Part shown: piece after piece, positions 20,538 through 29,750 of the stretch
How the letters are laid out: every line of letters starts with the position of its first letter
How positions within the stretch are numbered: the stretch's first letter is position 1
NCBI GenBank assembly: GCA_964573635.1
Contig: CAZNKG010000007.1
Span: forward strand, 15,993 to 79,992
Length of the DNA stretch: 64,000 nucleotides
Reading direction: 5' to 3'
Source of the DNA: an uncultured Desulfatibacillum sp.
GTDB lineage: Bacteria > Desulfobacterota > Desulfobacteria > Desulfobacterales > SpSt-501
Program-made: the position numbers and the translations under genes
Notes under the pieces: model-generated
Told to the model about the DNA's origin: nothing
What the model saw: only the letters and a program-made list of their open reading frames with translations
Database searches by the model: none

Positions 20538-20650
20538 GCCTTGAAATCCCGCGTTTCATCAGATATGTTTCCATTTTGACAGTGACTTCAGCCCCCGGTG
20601 AGGCCCTCCGGCCTTAAGCGGTCTATTTGCGGACTTACAGGATACATGGC

Positions 20651-23600
20651 GTGAACACCAAACCGGACGCGCAGCGCCCCGTCGCCGTCATCGGAATGAG
20701 CTGCTATTTCCCCCGGGCGTCGGGGCTGAAATCCTACTGGCGCCTGCTCTTCCGGGGCGAGGACGCCATCACCGAGGTCCCGCCGAGCCATTGGTCGCGG
20801 GAGGAGTACTTCGACCCCGACCCCAAGGCTGCCGACCGCGTCTACTGCACGCGCGGGGGATTTCTCGACGCCATTCCGTTCGACCCCTCCGAATTCGGCA
20901 TTCCGCCCGCCGCCTTGGAGGCGACCGACAGCTCGCAGCTGCTCGCCCTCGTGGCGGCCAAGGCGGCGCTCGCGGATGCCGGACGGACGGCCGACCCCGC
21001 CCGCACGAGCGTCATCCTCGGGGTGACCGGGACCCAGGAGCTCGTCATCCCCCTCGGCGCGCGGCTGGGCCATCCCCGCTGGCGCCGCGCACTCGAGGCC
21101 GCCGGGGTCGACGCTGAAACCTCCCGCAAGGTCCTCGCCGGGATCGCCGCCTCCTACGTCGACTGGCAGGAGAGCTCCTTTCCGGGCCTGCTCGGCAACG
21201 TGGTCGCCGGACGCATCTGCAACCGCTTGAACCTGGGCGGAACCAACTGCGTCGTGGACGCGGCCTGCGCGAGCTCGCTCGCCGCGGTGCATCTCGCCCT
21301 GCTCGAGCTCGAAAGCGGCCGGAGCGACCTGGTGGTCACCGGCGGCGTCGACACGCTGAACGACATCTTCATGCACATGTGCTTCGCCAAGACCCGGACC
21401 CTCTCCCCGACCGGCGATGCGCGGCCCTTTTCGGCCCGGGCCGACGGCACGGTCCTCGGCGAGGGAGTGGGGCTCGTCGTGCTCAAGCGCCTCGAGGATG
21501 CCGAGCGCGACGGAAACCGCATCTACGCGGTCATCCGCGGGATCGGATCCTCGAGCGACGGCCGCTCCCAGAGCATTTACGCCCCGCGGGCGGAGGGCCA
21601 GCTCGAGGCCCTGCGCGCCGCCTACGCCGCCGCCGGGATCGATCCGGCGAGCGTCGCGCTGATCGAAGCGCACGGCACGGGCACCCGCGTCGGCGACAAG
21701 GTGGAGTTCGAGGCGCTCTGCCGGCTGCGGGAGGCTGCCGGCGGAAACGGCCGCCGCTGCGCCCTGGGCTCGGTGAAGTCCAACATCGGCCACACGAAGG
21801 CCGCGGCCGGCGCTGCCGGGCTGATCAAGGCGGCGCTCGCCCTCCATTGGAAGGTCCTGCCGCCGACGCTCAAGGCCGACCCGCCCGACCCGGCGCTCGG
21901 CATCGACGACTCGCCCTTCTTCCTGCCCGCCGCGCCGCGCCCCTGGTTCACCGCGGAGGGGCTTCCGCGCCGCGCCGGGGTGAGCGCCTTCGGATTCGGC
22001 GGCAGCAATTTCCACCTCGTCCTCGAGGAGCACGGGCCGCGGAAGAGCGCCGTCGCCTGGGACGGATCGGTCGAGCTTCTCGCCTTTTCGTCGGACGACC
22101 CCGGCGCGCTCCGGGCGGCCCTCGCCCGCTTCCGCCGCGGCGTGGAATCCCCGGAAGCCGCGGCGTGGATCGCCGCGGAAGCCGCGCGCGGCCGGGCCGC
22201 CTTTTCGGCCGCGCACGCCCACCGGCTGCTGATCGTTCTCACGTCCTCGGGCGGCGCGGCGGCCGCCCTCGACCGGGCGCTCGCCCGCCTCGCGCACCCG
22301 CCGGGGGATCCGAACCCCCCGGACGACGATATCTTTTACGGCCATGCGGGCGCCGCGCGCGGCCGGCTTGCCTTCCTTTTCCCGGGGCAGGGCAGCCAGT
22401 ACCCCGACATGGGCCGCGACCTCGTCTGCCTCTTTCCCCAAGCCATGGCCGCGATCGAGGCCGCGGACCGCCGCCTGCCGGCAGCAATCGCCCCGGGGCC
22501 GCGCATTTTTCCGCTCCCGGGCGTTTCGGCCGCGGAGGCCGAAAGCGCCCTGCGAGAGACCCGCATCGCCCAGCCCGCGCTCGCCGCCGCAAGCCTTGCC
22601 ATGCTCGCAACCCTGCGCCATTTCGGCATCCGCCCGGACGCCGCCGCGGGACACAGCTTCGGCGAGCTCACCGCCCTCTGCGCCGCGGGCTGGATGCCGG
22701 CCGAGAGCCTTTTCGACCTAGCGGCCGCCCGCGGCGCGGCCATGACCCCGGCCGCCGGCGCCGACCCCGGGTGCATGCTCGCCGTCCGGGCCCCGCTCGC
22801 CGAGATCGAAGCCGTGCTGGCGGAGGCGGGCGCCGACGTCGTCCTGGCCAACCGCAACAGCCCCATCCAGGGCGTTTTGAGCGGTCCGGCGGAGGCGATC
22901 GCCGGCGTGGCCGAGCTCTTGCGCCGCAAACGGATCGCGGCCAAGCCCATCCCGGTTGCCGGGGCCTTCCACAGCCCGTGCATGCGCGCGGCGCTCCCGC
23001 CCTTCCTGAACCAGCTCACCGCGCTGCCGCTCGCCCCGGCGGATATTCCGGTCTACTCGAACACCACGGGCGGGCCCTATCCCCCGGAGGCCGAAGCCGC
23101 GCGCCGAATCCTGGGACGGCACCTGCTCGAGCCGGTGAACTTCGTCGCCGAAATCGAGGCGATGTACGCCGCGGGATGCCGCACCTTCGTCGAGGTCGGG
23201 CCGCGGGCCGTCCTGACCGGGCTGGTGAGGGCGATTCTCGCCGGCAAAAGCCACCAGGCGATCGCCCTGGACGCCTCCGGCGGCCGCGAAAACGGGCTCG
23301 CCGACCTGGCCCGCACCCTCTGTCGGCTGGCGGCGCTCGGCTTTCCCGTGCACCTCGACCAGTGGGAGGAGGCCCCCCCTGCGGCGCCCCGGGCACCGCG
23401 GATGCAGGTCATGCTGAGCGGCGCCAACTACCGGGCCGCCCGGACCCGTGCGCCGGCGGCCGTCCCCCCCCCCGCGCCGCCGGAGCGAACCGTTGAACGC
23501 GCAGACGCGCTGCCCGATTCATCCGGCAGGCGGCCGCAGCCACCGCAGGATTTTTTGACCGAAGGACGCATGAAGAAAGATCCGCCCCTTGAGCTCAACG

Positions 23601-26600
23601 CCGCCCTCCAATCGGTAAAAGAGGGCGTGCACGCCATTCAAGCCATCCAGCTTCAAACCGCCGAGGCCCATCGGAAATTCCTTGAAACCCAGAGCGAGGC
23701 GAGCCGCATCCTGCTCGAGCTCGTGCGGGGCGCCGGGCTTGCGGCGGCGGCCGTCGCCGAGCAGGCGGCGGCGCAGACCCCGCCCGCCCTGCCGCGGACG
23801 GAAGCCCTGGCGCCGCCCCCCCCGGCCGCGCCCGCCTCCGTCCCGGCCGCTGCGCCGCCTCCGCCGCCGGCCGCCGAGATCCCGGCCGCCGCGGCCCCTG
23901 CGGCCGACGCCCCCTCGCCAATCGAGAAGGTCCTGCTCGCCGTGGTGAGCGAGCTCACGGGCTACCCGGCCGCCATGCTCGGCCTGGACCTCGACATCGA
24001 GGCCGACCTCGGCATCGACTCCATCAAGCGCGTCGAAATCCTCTCCGCCCTGGAGGAGCGCCTCCCCGGCCTGCCCCCCGTCGCCCCCGAGGAGATGGGC
24101 CGGTTGAAAACCCTGGGCCAGATCGCCGCGCGCCTGGAGGGCGCCCGCCCGCCGGAAACCGGCCCCGCGCGCACGCCGGCGCCGCCGGAGGCCGCCTCCC
24201 CGTCCGCCTGTCAGCCGGATGTCGTCTCCACGCTGCTCGCCGTGGTGAGCGAGCTCACGGGCTACCCGGCCGCCATGCTCGGCCTGGACCTCGACATCGA
24301 GGCCGACCTCGGCATCGACTCCATCAAGCGCGTCGAAATCCTCTCCGCCCTGGAGGAGCGCCTCCCCGGCCTGCCCCCCGTCGCCCCCGAGGAGATGGGC
24401 CGGTTGAAAACCCTGGGCCAGATCGCCGCGCGCCTGGACCTTACTCCGCAGGGCCTTTCCGCCGCGCCATCCCCCGCCGCGCCCCCCCCGCCGGCCGAGG
24501 CTTGCCGCGACGGCGCGCCGGCCGCCCCCCCGGCGCCCGTGCTGCGGCGGACGGTCGAGCCGGTCGACGCCCCCGCACCGGCCGAGACCCCGATCCGCAT
24601 CCCCAAGGGCCGCAAGGTCTTCGTCACCGATGACCGCACGGGGCTCGCGCCGGCCATCGTCGACGCGCTGAGCGCCATGGGCATCAGCACGGTCCTGATT
24701 TCCATCGACATCCTGAAGTTCAAGAAGGACCTGCCGCACGCCGGGGGGCTGATCATCGTCCACAACCCCGGGGCAGCCGACCCGGACGCCGAGATCCGGC
24801 ATGCCTTCGAGCTCACCCATGTCCTCGCGCGCGACCTGCTGGAATCCGCCCGTCTGGAAGGGGCCTTTTTCGCGACCGTGACGCGTCTGGACGGCGCCTT
24901 CGGCTTCGGCGGCCGGCCGCTCGCCCGCCCCGAGCAGGGCGCGCTCGCGGGGCTCGCCAAGACCGCGGCGCTCGAGTGGCCGGATGTACGCTGCCACGCT
25001 CTGGATCTTTCTCCGGAGTGGCTCGACCACCGCGCGGCCGCGGCCGCGGTGCTGCGGGAGGTGATGGCCCGCGGGCCGGTCGAGGTGGGGCTGGCGGAGG
25101 GGCGCCGCCGGACGCTCGCCCTGCTCCCCGCGCCCGACCTCCCAGGCGGCATGCCCCTTGCGGCGGACGATGTGCTGGTCGCCAGCGGCGGGGCGCGCGG
25201 CATCACCGCCGACTGCCTGATCGAGATCGCCCGCCGCATCCGGCCGACCCTGGTGCTTTTCGGACGCTCCCCCGATCCCGTCGCGGAGCCCGGCTATCTC
25301 GCCGGGATCACCGAAGAGGCCGAACTGAAGCAGGCGCTCCTCGCGCACGAATTCAACGGCCGCGGCGCGCGGCCGGCCGAGATCGAGCGGCGCCTGGGCG
25401 CGCTGCGGGCGAACCGCGAGATCGCCGCCACCCTGAAGGCCTTGGCGGCGTCCGGGGTGCGTGCGGAGTACCGCCGCGTCGACGTCCGCGACGCGGAGGC
25501 GGTCGGCCGGGCCATCGAGGCGGTGCGCGCCCGCTTCGGCCCCATCCGCGGGCTCGTGCACGGCGCCGGGGTCATCGCCGACCGTCTGATCGCCGAGAAG
25601 ACCATCGAGCAGTTCGACCGCGTCTTCGCCACCAAGGTCGCCGGATTCCGCGCCCTCGTCCGGGCCGCCCGCCCCGACGAGCTGCGGGTGATCGTGCTCT
25701 TTTCCTCCATCACGGCCCGCCTCGGCAACAAGGGGCAGGCGGATTACGCCATGGCGAACGAAGCCCTGAACAAGATGGCGCAGGCGGAAGCGCGGCGCCG
25801 GCCCGCCTGCCGGGTGGTCGCGGTGAACTGGGGGCCTTGGGCGGCGGGCATGGTCGGGCCGGCCCTGCGCCGGGAGTTCGCGCGCCAGGGGGTCCCGCTC
25901 CTCGATTCCCCCTCGGGGGCCGCGGCGCTCCTGCACGCGATCGCGCAGGCGCCCGGCGGCCCGGTCGAGGTCGTGGTCGGCGGCAGCCCCGACCCCGAGA
26001 CGACCGCCCCGGCCGCGCGGCCCCGGGCCTCGGAGCTCTCCCTGCTGTTCGAGCGCGAGATCGACCTCGAGGAATGCCCGGTCCTCGCCTCGCACGTCAT
26101 CGACGGGCACGCCGTCGTGCCCATGGCCCTCATGTCCGAGTGGTTCGGGCACGGCGCGCTGCACGAAAACCCGGGCCTCGTGCTGCACGGACTCGATGAG
26201 CTGCGGGTCCTGAACGGCATCCGCATGACCGAGCGCACCAAGCTCATCCGCCTCATGGCCGGGAAGATGCGGCGCCGGGAGGGGCGCTACGAAATCGACC
26301 TCGAGCTGCGCAACGGCCTGCGGGAGGGCCGCGACCTGATCCACTCGCGCGCCCGGGCGATCCTCGTCGACGACCTGTCCCCGCCGCCGGCCTACTCGCT
26401 GCCGCCGGCGCTCGCCGTCCGGGACTATTCCCGCAGCGTCGAGGAGATCTACGCGCGTATCCTCTTCCACGGCCGCGACCTGCACGGGCTGCGCCGGGTC
26501 CTGTGCTGCAACCCATGCGGCATGGTGGCCGAGGCCGCCGGCGCCCCGTCGCCCGAAGCCTGGCTCAAATCCCCGCTGCGCAACGGCTGGCTCGGCGACC

Positions 26601-26905
26601 CGCTCGCGCTCGACACCGCCTTTCAGATGGCGAGCCTCTGGTGCTACGAGCAGCACGGCACCGTATCGCTGCCCAGCCACGCGCAGGCCTACCGGCAGTA
26701 TCGGGCGGCCTTCCCGGCCGATGGGGTCACCATCGTGCTGGAGGTCCGGGAGGCGACCGCCCGAAAGCTGCGCGGCGATCTCTTCTTCCTCGATGCGGAC
26801 GGCGTCCTGGTGGCGCGGCTCACCGGCCTCGAGGCCGTGATGGACCCGCTGCTGAACCGCGCGTTCAAGCCGGAGGGGGCCGGGGCGGCATCGGGGCCGG
26901 CGTGA
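20651..26905 (+). CDS. pfaA: PfaA-like iterative type I synthase, domain order KS-AT-ACP-ACP-KR-DH
   Basis: KS: DAACASS with Cys codon at 21266-21268, plus GSNFHLVLEEH. AT: GQGSQY, and GHSFGE with Ser codon at 22655-22657. Two ACPs: LGIDSIKRVE, with Ser codons at 24020-24022 and 24320-24322. KR: SGGARGIT and YAMANE. PKS-type DH: HVIDGHAVVP, with His codon at 26093-26095. The start is either the GTG at 20651 (AGGA 9 nt upstream) or the TTG at 20627. Confidence 0.9.
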   Translation: MNTKPDAQRPVAVIGMSCYFPRASGLKSYWRLLFRGEDAITEVPPSHWSREEYFDPDPKAADRVYCTRGGFLDAIPFDPSEFGIPPAALEATDSSQLLALVAAKAALADAGRTADPARTSVILGVTGTQELVIPLGARLGHPRWRRALEAAGVDAETSRKVLAGIAASYVDWQESSFPGLLGNVVAGRICNRLNLGGTNCVVDAACASSLAAVHLALLELESGRSDLVVTGGVDTLNDIFMHMCFAKTRTLSPTGDARPFSARADGTVLGEGVGLVVLKRLEDAERDGNRIYAVIRGIGSSSDGRSQSIYAPRAEGQLEALRAAYAAAGIDPASVALIEAHGTGTRVGDKVEFEALCRLREAAGGNGRRCALGSVKSNIGHTKAAAGAAGLIKAALALHWKVLPPTLKADPPDPALGIDDSPFFLPAAPRPWFTAEGLPRRAGVSAFGFGGSNFHLVLEEHGPRKSAVAWDGSVELLAFSSDDPGALRAALARFRRGVESPEAAAWIAAEAARGRAAFSAAHAHRLLIVLTSSGGAAAALDRALARLAHPPGDPNPPDDDIFYGHAGAARGRLAFLFPGQGSQYPDMGRDLVCLFPQAMAAIEAADRRLPAAIAPGPRIFPLPGVSAAEAESALRETRIAQPALAAASLAMLATLRHFGIRPDAAAGHSFGELTALCAAGWMPAESLFDLAAARGAAMTPAAGADPGCMLAVRAPLAEIEAVLAEAGADVVLANRNSPIQGVLSGPAEAIAGVAELLRRKRIAAKPIPVAGAFHSPCMRAALPPFLNQLTALPLAPADIPVYSNTTGGPYPPEAEAARRILGRHLLEPVNFVAEIEAMYAAGCRTFVEVGPRAVLTGLVRAILAGKSHQAIALDASGGRENGLADLARTLCRLAALGFPVHLDQWEEAPPAAPRAPRMQVMLSGANYRAARTRAPAAVPPPAPPERTVERADALPDSSGRRPQPPQDFLTEGRMKKDPPLELNAALQSVKEGVHAIQAIQLQTAEAHRKFLETQSEASRILLELVRGAGLAAAAVAEQAAAQTPPALPRTEALAPPPPAAPASVPAAAPPPPPAAEIPAAAAPAADAPSPIEKVLLAVVSELTGYPAAMLGLDLDIEADLGIDSIKRVEILSALEERLPGLPPVAPEEMGRLKTLGQIAARLEGARPPETGPARTPAPPEAASPSACQPDVVSTLLAVVSELTGYPAAMLGLDLDIEADLGIDSIKRVEILSALEERLPGLPPVAPEEMGRLKTLGQIAARLDLTPQGLSAAPSPAAPPPPAEACRDGAPAAPPAPVLRRTVEPVDAPAPAETPIRIPKGRKVFVTDDRTGLAPAIVDALSAMGISTVLISIDILKFKKDLPHAGGLIIVHNPGAADPDAEIRHAFELTHVLARDLLESARLEGAFFATVTRLDGAFGFGGRPLARPEQGALAGLAKTAALEWPDVRCHALDLSPEWLDHRAAAAAVLREVMARGPVEVGLAEGRRRTLALLPAPDLPGGMPLAADDVLVASGGARGITADCLIEIARRIRPTLVLFGRSPDPVAEPGYLAGITEEAELKQALLAHEFNGRGARPAEIERRLGALRANREIAATLKALAASGVRAEYRRVDVRDAEAVGRAIEAVRARFGPIRGLVHGAGVIADRLIAEKTIEQFDRVFATKVAGFRALVRAARPDELRVIVLFSSITARLGNKGQADYAMANEALNKMAQAEARRRPACRVVAVNWGPWAAGMVGPALRREFARQGVPLLDSPSGAAALLHAIAQAPGGPVEVVVGGSPDPETTAPAARPRASELSLLFEREIDLEECPVLASHVIDGHAVVPMALMSEWFGHGALHENPGLVLHGLDELRVLNGIRMTERTKLIRLMAGKMRRREGRYEIDLELRNGLREGRDLIHSRARAILVDDLSPPPAYSLPPALAVRDYSRSVEEIYARILFHGRDLHGLRRVLCCNPCGMVAEAAGAPSPEAWLKSPLRNGWLGDPLALDTAFQMASLWCYEQHGTVSLPSHAQAYRQYRAAFPADGVTIVLEVREATARKLRGDLFFLDADGVLVARLTGLEAVMDPLLNRAFKPEGAGAASGPA
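23933..24438. repeat. tandem duplication of the ACP-domain coding unit inside the pfaA-like gene (300-bp period)
   Basis: By direct comparison, nt 23933-24138 and 24233-24438 are identical base for base (206 bp). The linkers between and after the copies differ. Confidence 0.95.
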
Positions 26906-26923
26906 GCCCGCCGGCCGAAAGGT

Positions 26924-27361
26924 TCAGCGCGGCTCGGGGGCGAAGGCGAAGAGGTCGAGCTTGATGATGCGGAAGACCGCCTGGCCGAGCGCCAGGACCC
27001 CGCCGGCCGGGTCGAGGATGTCGGCGCGGACGAAGCACAGCCTCCCGGTGCGATGGGTGGTCCAGGCGCGGCAGGTGAAAAACGCCCCCTTGGCCGGAGC
27101 GGTGTAGTGCATGTTCAGATCGATGGTCGTGCAGTTGAACCCGGGGTCGAGCTCGGTCAACACGGCGCAGGCCATCGTCGTGTCCGCCAGCGTGAAGAGG
27201 ATGCCCCCGTGGGGCTGGTCGGCGAAAGGCCAGCAGACCTGCGGCCGCGGCGCGAGCCGCGCGGCGGCCCGGCCCTCCCCGGCCTGCGTGATGCGGATGC
27301 CGAGGGTCGCGTAGAGATCGTTGCGGTTCAGCTGCTCCAGGAATTCGGGGGTGATCTCCAT
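26924..27361 (-). CDS. PaaI/4-hydroxybenzoyl-CoA-thioesterase-type hotdog-fold thioesterase
   Basis: 145 aa, pattern LGIRITQAGEGRAAARL...HGGILFTLADTTMACAV...TIDLNMHY, typical of PaaI-family hotdog thioesterases. Convergent with pfaA, with 18 nt between the stops. Confidence 0.8.
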   Translation of the reverse strand: MEITPEFLEQLNRNDLYATLGIRITQAGEGRAAARLAPRPQVCWPFADQPHGGILFTLADTTMACAVLTELDPGFNCTTIDLNMHYTAPAKGAFFTCRAWTTHRTGRLCFVRADILDPAGGVLALGQAVFRIIKLDLFAFAPEPR

Positions 27362-27375
27362 CCGCTCCGCCCGCT

Positions 27376-28002
27376 TTAACCGGCGTCCGGCCGGCCGGCA
27401 TTCCGCCGGACGCGGCGCATTCCGGGGCTGGTGTGCAGGTACATCAGCGCCGAACGGCGGCCGGCCTCGATGAACGCGGCCTCAAGCGCCTCGAACAGGA
27501 CCGGCCGGTCCGGCCAGGTGAACGCCCGCCGCTCCGCCTCGAGCGCCGCCCATTCCCCGGCCGCCTGCGGGCGGTTTTCGAACGCCGCCCGGCGGGCCGC
27601 ATCGCAGAGAAACATCTGGCAGACGATCGGCTTCAGCTGCCAGCGGCATCCTCGCGGCCCGAGATAGACGCACCGGGTGCCGGTGTTCTCGCGCTCAAGG
27701 AGCTCGATCATCCCGGCGGTCTGCCCGGCGTCCGACAAAAGGACGTTCACCACCACGTCGCCGAAGAAGACGACGATCCCCTCCCGCGAGCAGCAGGCGC
27801 TCAAACGGCTGGCGTAGCAACGGCGGCGGCAGAAACCGTCGACGTGCTCCTCGAGAAAACGGGCGGCCCGCCGCCGGAAATCGAGGTAGCCGCCGCAGTC
27901 CCGCAGCAGCGCCGCGCGCCCGGCGGGGGAGAGCCCGTCGAGGTGGCCGGCCACGATCGAAAACGCCTCGATCTGCTCGCGGTGATACGGGTTCGCGACC
28001 AT
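27376..28002 (-). CDS. Cys-rich protein, YkgJ/UPF0153-like putative Fe-S or zinc-binding protein (hypothetical)
   Basis: 208 aa with Cys clusters FCRRRCYASRLSACC and CVYLGPRGCRWQLKPIVCQMFLC, reminiscent of the CxxCxxCC (YkgJ) family. Co-directional with the thioesterase and 14 nt upstream of it. Confidence 0.45.
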   Translation of the reverse strand: MVANPYHREQIEAFSIVAGHLDGLSPAGRAALLRDCGGYLDFRRRAARFLEEHVDGFCRRRCYASRLSACCSREGIVVFFGDVVVNVLLSDAGQTAGMIELLERENTGTRCVYLGPRGCRWQLKPIVCQMFLCDAARRAAFENRPQAAGEWAALEAERRAFTWPDRPVLFEALEAAFIEAGRRSALMYLHTSPGMRRVRRNAGRPDAG

Positions 28003-28102
28003 TGCGGGAACCGGACCTTAACCGCCCGCGCCGGCGGTGTCAAGCGCGGGGCGGCGCCCGGATTGACAAGCGGCCGGGGTCTCGGCTAACAGGCATCCTG
28101 CC

Positions 28103-29269
28103 ATGAACCCCACCCGCTGCGAGGTCCTGGTCGCCGGCGCCGGCCCGGCGGGATCGACGGCCGCCGGCCTGCTCGCCGCCGCCGGCCTGGCGGTCGTGCT
28201 GCTGGACGCCGAGCGCTTCCCGCGCCCGAAGCTCTGCGGCGGCCTGATCACCGCCAAGACGATCCGGCTTCTCGAGGCGCTCTTCGGGGTCGGCGCCCGG
28301 GCCCTCGGCGCCGCCGGCGTGATCCACACCGCCAGCCGGCGCTACCGGGTGAGCGGCCGCCGCGGGCAATCCATCGACGGGGTGCTCGAACACCCGTTTC
28401 ACCTCGTCGACCGCTTGGCCTACGACGACTTCTGGCTGCGCCGCGCGACCGCGGCCGGGGCCGACTTCCGCCCCGGGACCGCCGTCGCCGCCGTGGACCC
28501 CGACCTCCGGGTGGTCACGGCGAAAAACGGCGAGTCCTTCCGGGCCGAGATCATCATCGGGGCCGACGGCGTCGCGAGCCGGGTGCGCCGGGCGCTCGAG
28601 CGCGCCGCGCGCATTCCCGCCTCCAAGCGGCACGAGACCGCCGTCGCGCTCGAAGCGGCCGCACCCCGCGGGCCGCGGACGGCGTATGCCGATCAGCCGG
28701 TCATCGCCTACGGCCATCTCCCCTGGGGCTACGCCTGGTCGTTTCCGGGGCCCGCCGCGCAGCTGATCGGCATGGCCGGCCTCAAGAAAAAGGCCGGCCG
28801 CCGCCTGCGCTCGAGCTTCCAAGCGTTTCTGGCCGCTCAGCCCCTGCCCCCGGGGGCGGTGCCGAGAGCCGCGAGCCGGGAGATCCCCTACGGCAACTAC
28901 CTGCGGCGGCCGGGCTGGGACCGGGTGCTCCTCGTGGGCGACGCCGGGGGAATGGCCGACCCCTTCCTGGGCGAGGGCATCTACTACGCGCACCGCAGCG
29001 CGGCGCTCGCCGCGCGGGCGGTCATCGACTGGCGCGCGCGGCCCGAGCGGGCGATCGCGGCCTATACCGCGGCCTACCGCGCGACGATCTACCCGGAGCT
29101 CCACTATGCCCGCGCCGGCCGCCAGGTGATCTTCGCCCTGCCGCCGGCTTTTTACTTCCCGCTGCTCGCCGCCTTCCTGCGCGGCGCCCCGCGGGTCTGC
29201 GAGGAGACCATCCAGGGCGAGCGCAGCTTCCGCTGGTTCCGGCGCTTCGCCGGCAAACGCTTCCCGTAG
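28103..29269 (+). CDS. geranylgeranyl-reductase-family FAD-dependent oxidoreductase
   Basis: N-terminal dinucleotide fold VLVAGAGPAGSTAAGLLA, the PKLCGGLIT motif, GADGVASRVR, and VGDAGGMADPFLGEGIYYA. This is the standard motif set of the geranylgeranyl reductase family. Confidence 0.8.
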   Translation: MNPTRCEVLVAGAGPAGSTAAGLLAAAGLAVVLLDAERFPRPKLCGGLITAKTIRLLEALFGVGARALGAAGVIHTASRRYRVSGRRGQSIDGVLEHPFHLVDRLAYDDFWLRRATAAGADFRPGTAVAAVDPDLRVVTAKNGESFRAEIIIGADGVASRVRRALERAARIPASKRHETAVALEAAAPRGPRTAYADQPVIAYGHLPWGYAWSFPGPAAQLIGMAGLKKKAGRRLRSSFQAFLAAQPLPPGAVPRAASREIPYGNYLRRPGWDRVLLVGDAGGMADPFLGEGIYYAHRSAALAARAVIDWRARPERAIAAYTAAYRATIYPELHYARAGRQVIFALPPAFYFPLLAAFLRGAPRVCEETIQGERSFRWFRRFAGKRFP

Positions 29270-29386
29270 CCGGGGAAGCGTTCCGCGCCCGTTGCCTTCG
29301 CGCGGAGCGGTGATTACTATCGCCGTCGCGACCCTGGCAAACGCAGCCGAAAGTTACGACGGCATCCGCCTGAAAGGAGCGTTCCG

Positions 29387-29683
29387 ATGAAGCATTTCAC
29401 CGCATGGATGGCGGCGGCGATTCTCGCCGCCTCCGCCGGCATGGCCGCCGGCCAGGCCAAGTTCCACGGCGTGGAGCTTCCCGACCCCAAGCGCTACAAC
29501 GCGCACTTCGGCGACATCGACAAGAGCGGCGACCGGCTCGTGAACTGGGAGGAGTTCAAGGCGTTCTTCCCCCAGGCCGAGCCCAAGGTGTTCGACGCGA
29601 TCGACCTGGATCAAAGCCGGGCGATCGATCACGACGAGTGGCACAAGTTCAAGGAGGCCCACGGGTTGAAGCACCAGGATTGA
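29387..29683 (+). CDS. secreted EF-hand calcium-binding protein (two EF loops)
   Basis: Signal peptide MKHFTAWMAAAILAASAGMAAG, then two EF-hand loops, DIDKSGDRLVNWEEF and DLDQSRAIDHDEW. Confidence 0.7.
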   Translation: MKHFTAWMAAAILAASAGMAAGQAKFHGVELPDPKRYNAHFGDIDKSGDRLVNWEEFKAFFPQAEPKVFDAIDLDQSRAIDHDEWHKFKEAHGLKHQD

Positions 29684-29750
29684 GGTCTTGGTTTAATCCC
29701 GGCCGCGGCCCCCGCCGGCGCCGCGGCCGGCGTTCCGGAGGAGGCCCCCG

